A stretch of DNA of 64,000 nt from an uncultured Chloroflexia bacterium. GTDB taxonomy: Bacteria > Chloroflexota > Limnocylindria > Limnocylindrales > CSP1-4. The first letter of the stretch is position 1; each line of letters starts with the position of its first letter. This document shows, piece by piece, positions 37,335 to 45,510 of the stretch. The position numbers and the translations under genes were made by a program. The notes beneath the pieces are model-generated. The model did no database searches. It saw nothing but the letters and a program-made list of their open reading frames with translations, and had not been told where the DNA came from. The DNA is taken from the NCBI GenBank assembly GCA_963731865.1, contig CAVSXG010000002.1, forward strand, positions 455,271-519,270, read 5' to 3'.

Positions 37335-37904
37335 ATGCACGATGAATGGCCGGAGGGTGGTCATCGCCTCCGCCGGGTTGCAACGGCCGACCTGACCCAG
37401 GCCGAGGCCAAGTCCATCCGCGCGATCATGGACGAGGCCTTCGGGACGGATGAGGAGGAGCGCTTTACCGATGACGATTGGGAGCACGCCCTCGGCGGCA
37501 CCCACTTCGTCCTCGACCTCGATGGGGAGATCGTTGGACATGCATCCGTCGTGGAGCGCCGGCTCGAGCTCGGTGGCCGTCCGGTACGCACGGGCTATGT
37601 CGAGGCCGTCGCCGTGGCCACGGGTCGGCAGGGCGGGGGATTTGGATCCGTGCTCATGACCGATGTCAACGCCTGGATCGCGGATCACTTCGAGCTCGGA
37701 GCACTTGGCACCGGCCGGCGCCGCTTCTACGAGCGCCTGGGCTGGCTGACCTGGCGCGGGCCGTCATCTGTACGAACGACCGACGGCGAACGGCGCACGG
37801 CCGAGGACGACGGCTACATCATGGTGCTTCCCACGCCCGCGTCACCACCGCTCGACCTGGCGGCGTCGATCACCTGCGAGTGGCGACCCGGCGACGTCTG
37901 GTAG
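37335..37904 (+). CDS. Aminoglycoside 2'-N-acetyltransferase-like GNAT (AAC(2')-I family)
   Basis: 'DDDWEHALGGTHF', 'HASVVERRLELGGRPVRTGYVEAVAV', 'YERLGWLTWRGPSSV' and the C-terminal 'CEWRPGDVW' parallel mycobacterial AAC(2')-I proteins as I remember them. Confidence 0.75.
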   Translation: MHDEWPEGGHRLRRVATADLTQAEAKSIRAIMDEAFGTDEEERFTDDDWEHALGGTHFVLDLDGEIVGHASVVERRLELGGRPVRTGYVEAVAVATGRQGGGFGSVLMTDVNAWIADHFELGALGTGRRRFYERLGWLTWRGPSSVRTTDGERRTAEDDGYIMVLPTPASPPLDLAASITCEWRPGDVW

Positions 37905-37982
37905 CGCCGGCACCGCAGCACGTCCATGTCGTGTACGCTGCACCCATCAAGATAGTTGCGTACGCAACTGAAGGAGCAGGTG

Positions 37983-38414
37983 ATGGCTGACCCCGATCCG
38001 AATGCATGGGAGAATACGCTCATCGCCGACATGCGCGCCAATGGCGGGGCGGTCACGATGGGACCCCTGGCCGGCGAGTCGTTGCTGTTGATGACCTCGA
38101 CGGGCAAGAAGACGGGGGCTCGGCGGCGCGCGATCCTTAACTACTCACGTGACGGCGAGGCCTATGTGGTCGCGGGAACGGCCGGGGGCTCGCCAAAGGA
38201 TCCGGCGTGGGTATCCAACGTCAACGCCAACCCAAGTGTCGAGGTCGAGGTCGGTAGTCAGACCTACCGGGCGACCGCGAGCGTGGCCGACGACGTCGAG
38301 CAGGCGCGGCTGTGGAACCAGCACGTCGCCGCGATCCCGCGGTTCGTCGCGTACCCCAAGCAGACCGGTCGAGTCATCCCGATGGTGCGGATCACCCTGA
38401 GCGACAAGCGCTGA
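37983..38414 (+). CDS. Deazaflavin (F420)-dependent nitroreductase family protein (Ddn-like)
   Basis: 'LLLMTSTGKKTGARRRAILNYSRDGEAYVVAGTAGGSPKDPAWVSNVNANP' and 'IPMVRI'. ATG follows GAAGGAG. Confidence 0.85.
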   Translation: MADPDPNAWENTLIADMRANGGAVTMGPLAGESLLLMTSTGKKTGARRRAILNYSRDGEAYVVAGTAGGSPKDPAWVSNVNANPSVEVEVGSQTYRATASVADDVEQARLWNQHVAAIPRFVAYPKQTGRVIPMVRITLSDKR

Positions 38415-38473
38415 CCGGCGGCCAGGTTGCCCCGGGCGCCGCATCGCCGGCGGCCGGACGCTATCGTTGATCC

Positions 38474-39703
38474 ATGGCGACCACCTACCACGTCCAGGGC
38501 GCGATCCTGACCGAACGCGAGCACGCCGTTCCGCTCGATCACGGCCGGCCCGACGCGGGAACCATCACTGTCTTCACGCGCGAGGTGGCCGCGCCTGACG
38601 GGACGGATCGCCCGTATCTCGTGTTCCTCCAGGGTGGCCCTGGGTTCGAGGCCGCGAGACCGACGAGTCCGCCGACAGGCTGGATCAAGCGCGCGATCCA
38701 GGAATACCGGGTGCTCCTGCTCGACCAGCGTGGAACCGGCCGGTCCACGCCCGTTGGACCGATCATCCCTGGCGACACGGCGGAGGCCCAGGCGGCGTAC
38801 CTGACCCTGTTCAGGGCGGATTCGATCGTCCGCGACGCCGAGTGGATCCGGCAGGAGCTCGACGTCGACCGCTGGAGCGTGCTCGGCCAGAGCTTTGGCG
38901 GCTTCACGTCGATGACCTACCTCTCGATCGCGCCCGAGGGACTCCGCGAAGCGTTCATCACCGGGGGCCTGTCGCCGATCGGGCGACCGGTCGATGACAT
39001 CTACGGCGCCACGTACCGGCGCCTCATGCGCAGCAATCGACGCTACTTCGAGCGCTATCCAGAGGATCGGGCGCGAGCAGCCGAGCTGTTCCGCCGGCTC
39101 GACGACGAGGACGTTCGCCTTCCGACCGGTGAACGACTGACGGCACGCCGGTTCCGCCAGCTCGGGTTATGGCTCGGCGACAGCGCGGGCTTCGAGCTCC
39201 TGCATCACGTCATCGAGCTCCCGTTCGGATCTCCCGCGTTTCTACAGGATGCCGAAGCCGGGGTCCGGTTCGGCCGCAACCCGATCTACGCGACCCTGCA
39301 CGAGTCCTCGTACGCCGACGGCGTGGCGACGCGTTGGTCGGCCCACCGCCTGCTCCCCGCGGAGGTGGAGCAGCAGGGCTTCTTCACCGCCGAACACGTC
39401 TTTCCCTGGATGTGGGAGGACTACGCGGGCCTGCGGCCGCAGCGAGCCGCCGCCGATCTCCTGGCCGAGCATCCATGGCCGGCGCTGTATGACGCGGACC
39501 GGCTTCGCCGCAACGAGGTCCCGGTCGCGGCCACGATCTATGTCAACGACCTGTACGTCGAGCGTGACTTCGCGGAGGAGACGGCGGACACGATCCGTGG
39601 GCTGCGTGCCTGGGAGACCGACGAATTCGAGCACAACGGGCTGCGAGCCGATGGAGAGCGCGTCCTTGGTCGATTGATCGACATCGTGCGTGGTCGGGTC
39701 TGA
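38474..39703 (+). CDS. Alpha/beta hydrolase, prolyl aminopeptidase (S33) type
   Basis: 'YLVFLQGGPGFEA', 'LLLDQRGTGRSTPV' and nucleophile elbow 'VLGQSFGGF'. Confidence 0.85.
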   Translation: MATTYHVQGAILTEREHAVPLDHGRPDAGTITVFTREVAAPDGTDRPYLVFLQGGPGFEAARPTSPPTGWIKRAIQEYRVLLLDQRGTGRSTPVGPIIPGDTAEAQAAYLTLFRADSIVRDAEWIRQELDVDRWSVLGQSFGGFTSMTYLSIAPEGLREAFITGGLSPIGRPVDDIYGATYRRLMRSNRRYFERYPEDRARAAELFRRLDDEDVRLPTGERLTARRFRQLGLWLGDSAGFELLHHVIELPFGSPAFLQDAEAGVRFGRNPIYATLHESSYADGVATRWSAHRLLPAEVEQQGFFTAEHVFPWMWEDYAGLRPQRAAADLLAEHPWPALYDADRLRRNEVPVAATIYVNDLYVERDFAEETADTIRGLRAWETDEFEHNGLRADGERVLGRLIDIVRGRV

Positions 39704-39725
39704 CTGAAACCCCGTCGGGGGCCCG

Positions 39726-40013
39726 ATGGGCTGCCCGCTCGGGCACACGGGCGTAGGATCGGTCACGACATGGGGTTTCTCCGACGGCTCCTGGGTGGCG
39801 AGGCGACGACCCGCGAAAGACGCGCCAACGCCGTTCGATGCGGCCGAGGTGGAAGCGGAGGAGCGGGCCCACGAGCTCGACGTGCTTCGGACCGAACAGG
39901 AACGGCTCGATGACCTTGCGCAGCGCCAGCTGCGATACGCAGACTACGCCTGGCAGCCGCCCGCCCAGGGCGGCGAGCGCCGCGCCGACGACGGGGACAA
40001 ACGCGAGCCATGA
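39726..40013 (+). CDS. Small hypothetical protein, translationally coupled to the downstream cyclase
   Basis: The ORF as sequenced starts at ATG 39726. A more typical N-terminus 'MGFLRRLLGGEATT' starts at ATG 39770 in frame 2 and would join this frame if one C of CCC 39810-39812 is spurious. The body is acidic and coiled-coil-like: 'FDAAEVEAEERAHELDVLRTEQERLDDLAQRQL'. Confidence 0.45.
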   Translation: MGCPLGHTGVGSVTTWGFSDGSWVARRRPAKDAPTPFDAAEVEAEERAHELDVLRTEQERLDDLAQRQLRYADYAWQPPAQGGERRADDGDKREP

Positions 40014-40895
40014 CGCCCTGATCCGCCATCCGGTCCCGAGGACGCGTTCTGGCGCGACTTCCTGACCCGGGGACACCCGGCGGAACGCGCGACCCGTCGC
40101 TTCTTCATCCGGATCCCCGCCGAGCCGAGGTGCACGATCTGCGCCGCTCCGTTTGCCGGGATCGGTCGCCCGTTGATGCGCCTCATCGGCAAGCGGCCGT
40201 CGGACAGGAGTCCAAGGATCTGCAACTCGTGCTACACGTTCCTGGCCGACCACCACGGCGGGGCCGAGATCGAGTGCACGATGCTGTTCGCCGACATCCG
40301 CGGGTCGACGACCCTTGCCGAGGGCATGTCGGCGGGCGCATATCACGATCTGCTCAACCGCTTCTATGGGACGGCGACGAGGGTCGTATTCGAGAACGAC
40401 GGCTCTGTCGACAAGTTCGTCGGCGATGAGCTCGTGGCGTTCTTCTATCCGCTCATCTCTGGGTGGGACCATGCGGCGAAAGGCGTGGAGGCCGCGCTGG
40501 CGCTCCTGCGTGCGACCGGACACGCGGATGCCGAGCCGGGGCGTGGGTGCCGGTTGGCGCCGGCGTCCATACCGGCCAGGTGTGGATGGGCGCGAGTCGG
40601 CGAAGGCGCCCACGTCGAGCTCACCGCGGTCGGCGATGCCGTCAACGTGACGGCGCGGCTCGCTTCGGCGGCTGCGGCCGGCGAGGTCCTGGTGACCGTC
40701 GCCGCGGCGACGGCCGCTGGCCTGGACCCGTCGCTCGAACGGCGCAGCCTGGAGCTCAAGGGCAAGCAGGTCGCGACCGAGGTCGTCAGCCTGCGGGTGG
40801 ATCCGGTCCGGCACGCCCGTCTGAACCGCCCGACGGTCGGATTCGTCCGCGCTCCGGTAGGATCGTCCAGACCTGCCAGGACGGAGTTCGGATGA
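40010..40895 (+). pseudogene. Class III adenylate/guanylate cyclase with N-terminal zinc-ribbon, frameshifted as sequenced
   Basis: 'PRCTICAAPFAGIGRPLMRLIGKRPSDRSPRICNSCY' has no in-frame start. ATG 40010 (ATGA overlap with the upstream stop) joins it if one C of CCC 40016-40018 is removed. Catalytic domain has 'CTMLFADIRGSTTL', 'KFVGDELVAFF' and 'AVGDAVNVTARL'. A compensated -1/+1 pair near 40530-40590 garbles 'WVPVGAGVHTGQVWMGA', which is readable in frame 2. Confidence 0.8.
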
Positions 40896-41467
40896 TTCGA
40901 TCGACTGTTGCCGTTGCCGTGCTCGCCGCGGCGCTCGTGACCGCGTGCGGCAATCCCGCGACCCCGAGTCCGCCTGCATCCGACGAGCCCTGTGCGCGTC
41001 GTCAACGCCGGCGCCGTCGAGCGCCGTCCCCAGTCCGCATCGGCGGCCGCGGCCTGCGTCGCGACCGACATCCTCGCGACGGGCGGCCCATGGGGTGGCG
41101 CGGCCGGAAGCCGCGGCTCGGACATCGTCGTGGAGAACCGGGGCACCGTCGCCGTGCCTGCTCCCGGCCGCGCCCACGGTCGCCGTCGTCGATCAGGCCG
41201 GGCACGGTCGCTCCTGACGAGCGCCCCGCCGCCGTCCGGAGCCGGGACCGGAGGTCGCCGCCGGCGGATCGGTCGGCTTCTCGCTCGCTCCTGGGCAATT
41301 GGTGCGATCAGGTCGGTGAACCTGCCGCTCCACTTCCGGCTCGCCCTGGCGACTGACGGCGTCGACATCGGGGACCTGACCGCGGCCACGACGTCGATGA
41401 CCTGCCGCCATGCAACGGGCCTGGCCAGCCGGCGACCCTGTCGACGACGGAGTGGCAGCCCGGCTGA
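40892..41467 (+). pseudogene. Lipoprotein, probably DUF4232-type, multiply frameshifted
   Basis: 'MIRSTVAVAVLAAALVTACG' is a signal peptide plus lipobox. DUF4232-like pieces such as 'ACVATDILATGGPWGGAAGSRGSDIVVENRGTVA' are spread over three frames. ATG 40892 overlaps the cyclase TGA. The end is inferred. Confidence 0.4.
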
Positions 41468-41474
41468 TCCGGGC

Positions 41475-43260
41475 CTAGCGGACGCTGTACCGCTCGATCG
41501 GGCTCCAGGCGCTGTTCGCGTTGAACGTCGTCGGGTTGGCGATCGAGCGGACATACCACTCGCCGCGGGTCGCGAAGGTCCACGTGTACGACGCGACCCC
41601 GTCGCGTTGACGTACGCATCCCGGGTGGTGAACAGCGCCCAGCCGCTGCTCACGCGACGGTAGATGCGAGGGTCACCTTGGCCGGCGGAAGGTCGACTCC
41701 GCGATGGCCGGACCGTCGTCGATGAACGTCACCTTGCGGCCGCGGCTGACGACCTTCGTCGCACCGTTCGTCGTCGGGCGCAGGAGCGCGATCTGGCGGA
41801 CGACGACGCGAGCGGTGTTGCTGGTGACGGCCGCGAGCTCGGGCGCGCCGATCGAAGACACCCCGGTAGTAGAGGTTGTTGGCCGGGCGGTACGTCGAAC
41901 GAGGCATTGCCGTCGGCATCGGTCGTCAGGGTCGTGATCGGCGCCCAGGTCATGCCATCGCGGGCGCCCTCGAGCGTGAAGGTCTTGTTCGCACCGATCG
42001 TCCCAAAGCTCGCCTTCAGGTCCACGCTTTCACCCCAGGTGATGACCGTTGCCGACGGGGTGATCGTGAGCGTCGCGGTCTGGTCGATCGGTCCGGTCGG
42101 TGTCGTGGTCAGCAGGACGGAGGTGAGGTCCAGTGCCGTTGATAGCGGTTGAGGTCGACCCGGCCGGTGATCCCGGGCACGGTGCCACTCGAGGTGTACT
42201 GCCAGAACGTCCAGCCCGTGCCGCCCCAGTTGCCGCCGGGGACGCTTGGCGTCGGGCCGCTCGTCCAGTGGGCGACCCACAGCGTCCGGTAGCCGTTGAC
42301 CGCAAACCAGTTCGTATCGGCCATGTTGTTCCGCCAGAACGAGGGCGAGGTGTAGATCACGCCGCGGGCGCCGGTCCGCTCGTAGATCCGCCCGAGGTAG
42401 GACTTGACCCATTCCTGGAGCTCGACCGGCGCCAGCCCGCCGTCACCTCGAGGTCGAGCACGGGGAGGAGATCGCCGGCCGCGAGCTGTGACATCGCCAG
42501 GAAGTAGTCGGCTTCGGCGATGGCATCGCCCGGGTTCCGATCCGGTCGCGCGAAATGGTAGGCGCCGACGTACAACCCGAGTGCCTTCGCCTGGGCGCGG
42601 TTTCCGGTAGTAGAACGTCGTCGATCAGCGTCGTGCCCTCGGACGCCTTCATGTAGGCGAACCGCTTGCCGGCACGCCGCGACCTGGTTCCAGTCGATCG
42701 TGTTCTGCCAGTGGCTGACGTCGATCCCCTCGGTCACCGGGACGAACGGCGTCGGCAGTCGGGGTCGGTGTCGGGGTCGGCGTCGGTGTCGCGAAGGGAT
42801 CTGGCGTCGGCGTTGGCGTGGCGAACGGATCGGGCGTCGGCGTTGGCGTCGGGGTCGGCGTCGGCGTCGGGAGCCGCCTGGAAGAGACCCGATGGCGGAG
42901 TAGACGAACGGCACGCCGTAGAGCGCGGCCACGCTCTGGCCATTGACCTCGCTGATCTGGTGCCAGGTGTTGCCGCTGACCGGGCCCGCGGCACAGGTCG
43001 CGCTCCACGAGCCCCCGGTGATCGTCGTCTCGACGCTGACCGGCGTGCCCGCGAACAGGCTCGAGCCGACCTGTGCATCGCCCGTGGTGGGGCCCGTGCG
43101 GAGGCGTACGCCGTCGCACGCCGTGGCCATCGGGGTGGCCGCCAGGACGGTCGGACCGCGGGAAGACCAGGCGACGCCCAGCACAAGGGCAGCGGACAGC
43201 AGCGCTGTGATCCGGCGATCGGGGCGGCGGACGGGGGCGTCGGGCGACGTCGGGTCGCAT
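41475..43260 (-). pseudogene. Secreted GH25 muramidase (signal peptide, SH3-like domain, Pro/Thr linker, GH25 catalytic domain, beta-rich C-terminal domains), heavily frameshifted
   Basis: Pieces in all three minus frames include 'TACDGVRLRTGPTTGDAQVG...GNTWHQISEVNGQ', 'PTPTPTPDPFATPTPTPDPFATPT' and 'GIDVSHWQNTIDWNQVA'. Others are 'MKASEGTTLIDD', 'LGLYVGAYHFARP', 'IYTSPSFWRNNMADTNWFAVNGYRTLWVAHW' and 'GGTGWTFWQYTSSGTVPGITGRVDLNRY'. Start is ATG 43260 after GAGG; stop is at 41475-41477. Confidence 0.8.
42791..42850 (-). repeat. Two tandem 30-bp copies inside the Pro/Thr-rich linker of the GH25 gene
   Basis: gcgaagggatctggcgtcggcgttggcgtg (42791-42820) versus gcgaacggatcgggcgtcggcgttggcgtc (42821-42850), 27/30 identical. 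They encode the repeated 'TPTPTPDPFA' and sit inside a wider GTCGG-rich tract at about 42758-42871. Confidence 0.6.
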
Positions 43261-43429
43261 GGCTACCTCGCTCGCTTGGACCCCACTCCGACTCCGATAG
43301 CCGCGCGCTCGACGAAACCCAGGGGGCCAGACCGCACCGGCCCAGCTGGCGGGCCACATTCGCAAGAAGATACACGACCCCGCCAACAGGACCCGGAACC
43401 GTGCCGTTGGCCGGCCGAGGGAACAGGGC

Positions 43430-43458
43430 TTGTCAACGGCATTTGCCGTGCGTATCCT
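43430..43458 (+). promoter_or_regulatory. Putative promoter TTGTCA-N17-TATCCT with a palindrome in the spacer
   Basis: Hexamers at 43430-43435 and 43453-43458. The spacer contains acggca-tt-tgccgt (43436-43449). It lies in the divergent region between the GH25 gene and the DUF4287-like gene. Pattern match only. Confidence 0.3.
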
Positions 43459-43625
43459 CGGGGTGACGGCGCGTCCCGCGCCGAACCTCGCTCCGGCGCT
43501 CACGCCGCCGGCATCGATGGGGCAAAGGGGAACTCGCTTCCCCGGGACGGCTGGTTCGCCCTTCTCCGGCGAGCCGCGAGAGCGTGAGTCCCGTGGCGGC
43601 GCCGACCGAGAAGGATGCCGAAACG

Positions 43626-44354
43626 ATGCCGACCCAGAAGGTCTTCAAGCGGCGCGTTCGCGCGCGCATGACCAAGACGGGCGAGTCCTACACGGCCGCC
43701 CGGCGTCAGCTCCTGCGGAAGGCCACCGAGCCGGAAGCAGGTCCAGCTCGAAGCGCCAGCCTCGACTGCGCCGCCCGACGCTCGCGAGCGCCGGACCGGC
43801 AGCCCCCGATCCCGGCGGATGTCCTGCTCGTGGCGGATGCGGCGATGCTCCGCGCGACCGGGAAAGGTCACGCCGAATGGTTCGCCATCCTCGATGCCTG
43901 GGGGGCGACGGACCACACCCACACCGAGATCGCCCGGTGGCTGAGCGAGACGCAGGGCACGCCCGGTTGGTGGACCCAGAACATCACGGTTTCGTACGAA
44001 CGGGCGCGGGACCTGCGCGCCCGACACCAGATGGCCGACGGCTTCTCGGTCAGCGTGACCAGGACCGTCGATGTCGGGCCGGAGGTCGCCCTCGCGGCCT
44101 TTACCGACGAGGCCATCAGGACGACCTGGCTGCCCGTGCCAATGCGCCAGCGACCGACGCGGGCCCGGAACGTGGCGCGCTTCGACTGGGACGAGCCGCC
44201 ATCCCGGATCCTGGTGTCGCTCGTGCCCAAGGGGGATGGCCGGACGGCGGTCACCGTTGCTCACGAACGGCTGCCCGATGCCGAGGCCGGCGAGCAGTTC
44301 AAGGGCCGCTGGCGCGAGTGGCTCGCCGCGCTCAAGACGTTCCTCGAACCCTGA
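43626..44354 (+). CDS. DUF4287-like N-terminal domain fused to an SRPBCC/AHSA1-like domain
   Basis: 'MPTQKVFKRRVRARMTKTGESYTAARRQL', 'GKGHAEWFAILDAWGATDHTHTEIARWLSETQG...WWTQNITVSYE' and the C-terminal 'FSVSVTRTVDVGPEVALAAFTDE...WREWLAALKTFLE'. The ORF is open from 43584. Confidence 0.65.
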   Translation: MPTQKVFKRRVRARMTKTGESYTAARRQLLRKATEPEAGPARSASLDCAARRSRAPDRQPPIPADVLLVADAAMLRATGKGHAEWFAILDAWGATDHTHTEIARWLSETQGTPGWWTQNITVSYERARDLRARHQMADGFSVSVTRTVDVGPEVALAAFTDEAIRTTWLPVPMRQRPTRARNVARFDWDEPPSRILVSLVPKGDGRTAVTVAHERLPDAEAGEQFKGRWREWLAALKTFLEP

Positions 44355-44409
44355 TGAACACCGCACACCAACACAACCTCTCCAGGAACCCAGAAGGGAG
44401 CCCGCTGTC

Positions 44410-44802
44410 ATGACCTCGACCAAGACGACCATGCACATCACCGACATCCGAACCATCGCCGTTCCGGTGACCGACCAGGACCGGGCCCTCGAGTTCTATC
44501 GCGACGGACTCGGGCTCGAGACCCGCATCGACATGTCGTACGGCGACGACCAGCGCTGGCTGGAGGTCGTGCCAAGCGGTGCCATGACCTCGATCGCCCT
44601 GGTCCGAGCCGGGGAGTCCGCGCCGGCCGGCATCGATACCGGCATCCGGTTGACCACCGACGATGCCGTTGCCGACCACGAGGTCCTGCGAGCCAAGGGC
44701 ATCGACGTCGATGCCGAGATCCTCCAGTACCCGGTCCCGATGTTCACGCTCCGGGACCCGGACCGGAACGTCCTGTATGTCGTCCAGCGGCAGGAGGGCT
44801 GA
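44410..44802 (+). CDS. VOC (glyoxalase/bleomycin-resistance fold) family protein
   Basis: 'IRTIAVPVTDQDRALEFYRDGLGLE' and 'MFTLRDPDRNVLYVVQ'. ATG lies 9 nt after GAAGGGAG. Confidence 0.85.
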   Translation: MTSTKTTMHITDIRTIAVPVTDQDRALEFYRDGLGLETRIDMSYGDDQRWLEVVPSGAMTSIALVRAGESAPAGIDTGIRLTTDDAVADHEVLRAKGIDVDAEILQYPVPMFTLRDPDRNVLYVVQRQEG

Positions 44803-44831
44803 GGCAAGCCGCGAGGGCTCGGGTCGTTACG

Positions 44832-45468
44832 ATGTCGAGCATGCCTGCCAACCCCCGGCCGATGCCGGATCGGATCGCCGGGATCGCGGTGCCTCGAGAC
44901 GACGTCTCGTCGGCGACGTGGGCCTGGGCCATCCGGACGCTGCCCGAGTACCTGCTCGCGCACTCGGTCCGCTCGTATTGCTGGGGCGCGGCGCTCGCGG
45001 GCGAGCAGGGCTGGTCGTTCGATCGACAAATCCTCTGGACCGCCGCGCTCTGGCACGACTACGCGTTGACCAGGATCCCACGGAACACGATGTGCTTCGA
45101 GATCGAAGGCGCCGAGCTCGCCCGCGGGTTCCTGCGGCGAGCCGGCCTGTCCGGCCGCCGACGTCGACCGCGTCGCGATTGCGATCATCCTGCACATGCA
45201 ACCGGGCGTGAGCCTCGCCGATGGCGCCGAATCGGTGCTCCTCGACGAGGCGACGGCGATCGATGTTCGGGGGGATGGCTACGAACGGATCGAAGCCGTC
45301 CGCGATGGCGTGGTCCGCGCCTATCCCCGGCGTGCCTTCGACCGCCACTTCCTGGCCGCCATCCGGCGCGAGACCGCGGTCCGGCACGATTGCCAGAGCG
45401 AACGACTCCTCGTCACGAACGATCTGGCGGGCTGGATGGCTCGCTCACCGTGGGCGACGGCTCCCTAG
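44832..45468 (+). pseudogene. HD-domain protein, one +1 frameshift as sequenced
   Basis: 'LLAHSVRSYCWGAALAGEQG...ILWTAALWHDYAL' is in frame 3. After about 45150 the sequence continues in frame 1 with 'ADVDRVAIAIILHMQPGVSL...'. Confidence 0.7.
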
Positions 45469-45510
45469 CACCAGGGTCGTCCCGCGATATCGCAGAGGAA
45501 GGGAAATCCC

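Noticed and set aside
40011-40013. In-frame TGA between the small ORF and the cyclase N-terminus as selenocysteine or read-through
   Set aside because: No SECIS-like hairpin is evident immediately downstream. An overlapping ATG (40010) plus a CCC-run insertion explains the arrangement and matches the ATGA coupling seen elsewhere.
39726-41467. Small cyclase plus neighbours as a Pycsar/CBASS-like antiphage module
   Set aside because: The neighbours are a small acidic ORF and a DUF4232-type lipoprotein. No cNMP-binding, TIR, patatin, endonuclease or pore-forming effector is adjacent.
42758-42871. Short tandem GC-rich repeats as a CRISPR array or VNTR; similar Pro/Ser-coding repeats at about 58866-58926 and acidic repeats at 16200-16400
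   Set aside because: The repeats are in-frame coding low-complexity linkers (Pro/Thr, Pro/Ser, Glu/Pro/Ala). The units are contiguous with no unique spacers, and no cas genes are present.
41475-43260. GH25 muramidase as a prophage endolysin marking a prophage
   Set aside because: It has its own signal peptide and cell-wall-binding-type domains. It is flanked by a lipoprotein and ordinary chromosomal genes. No holin, terminase, capsid, tail or integrase genes lie nearby.
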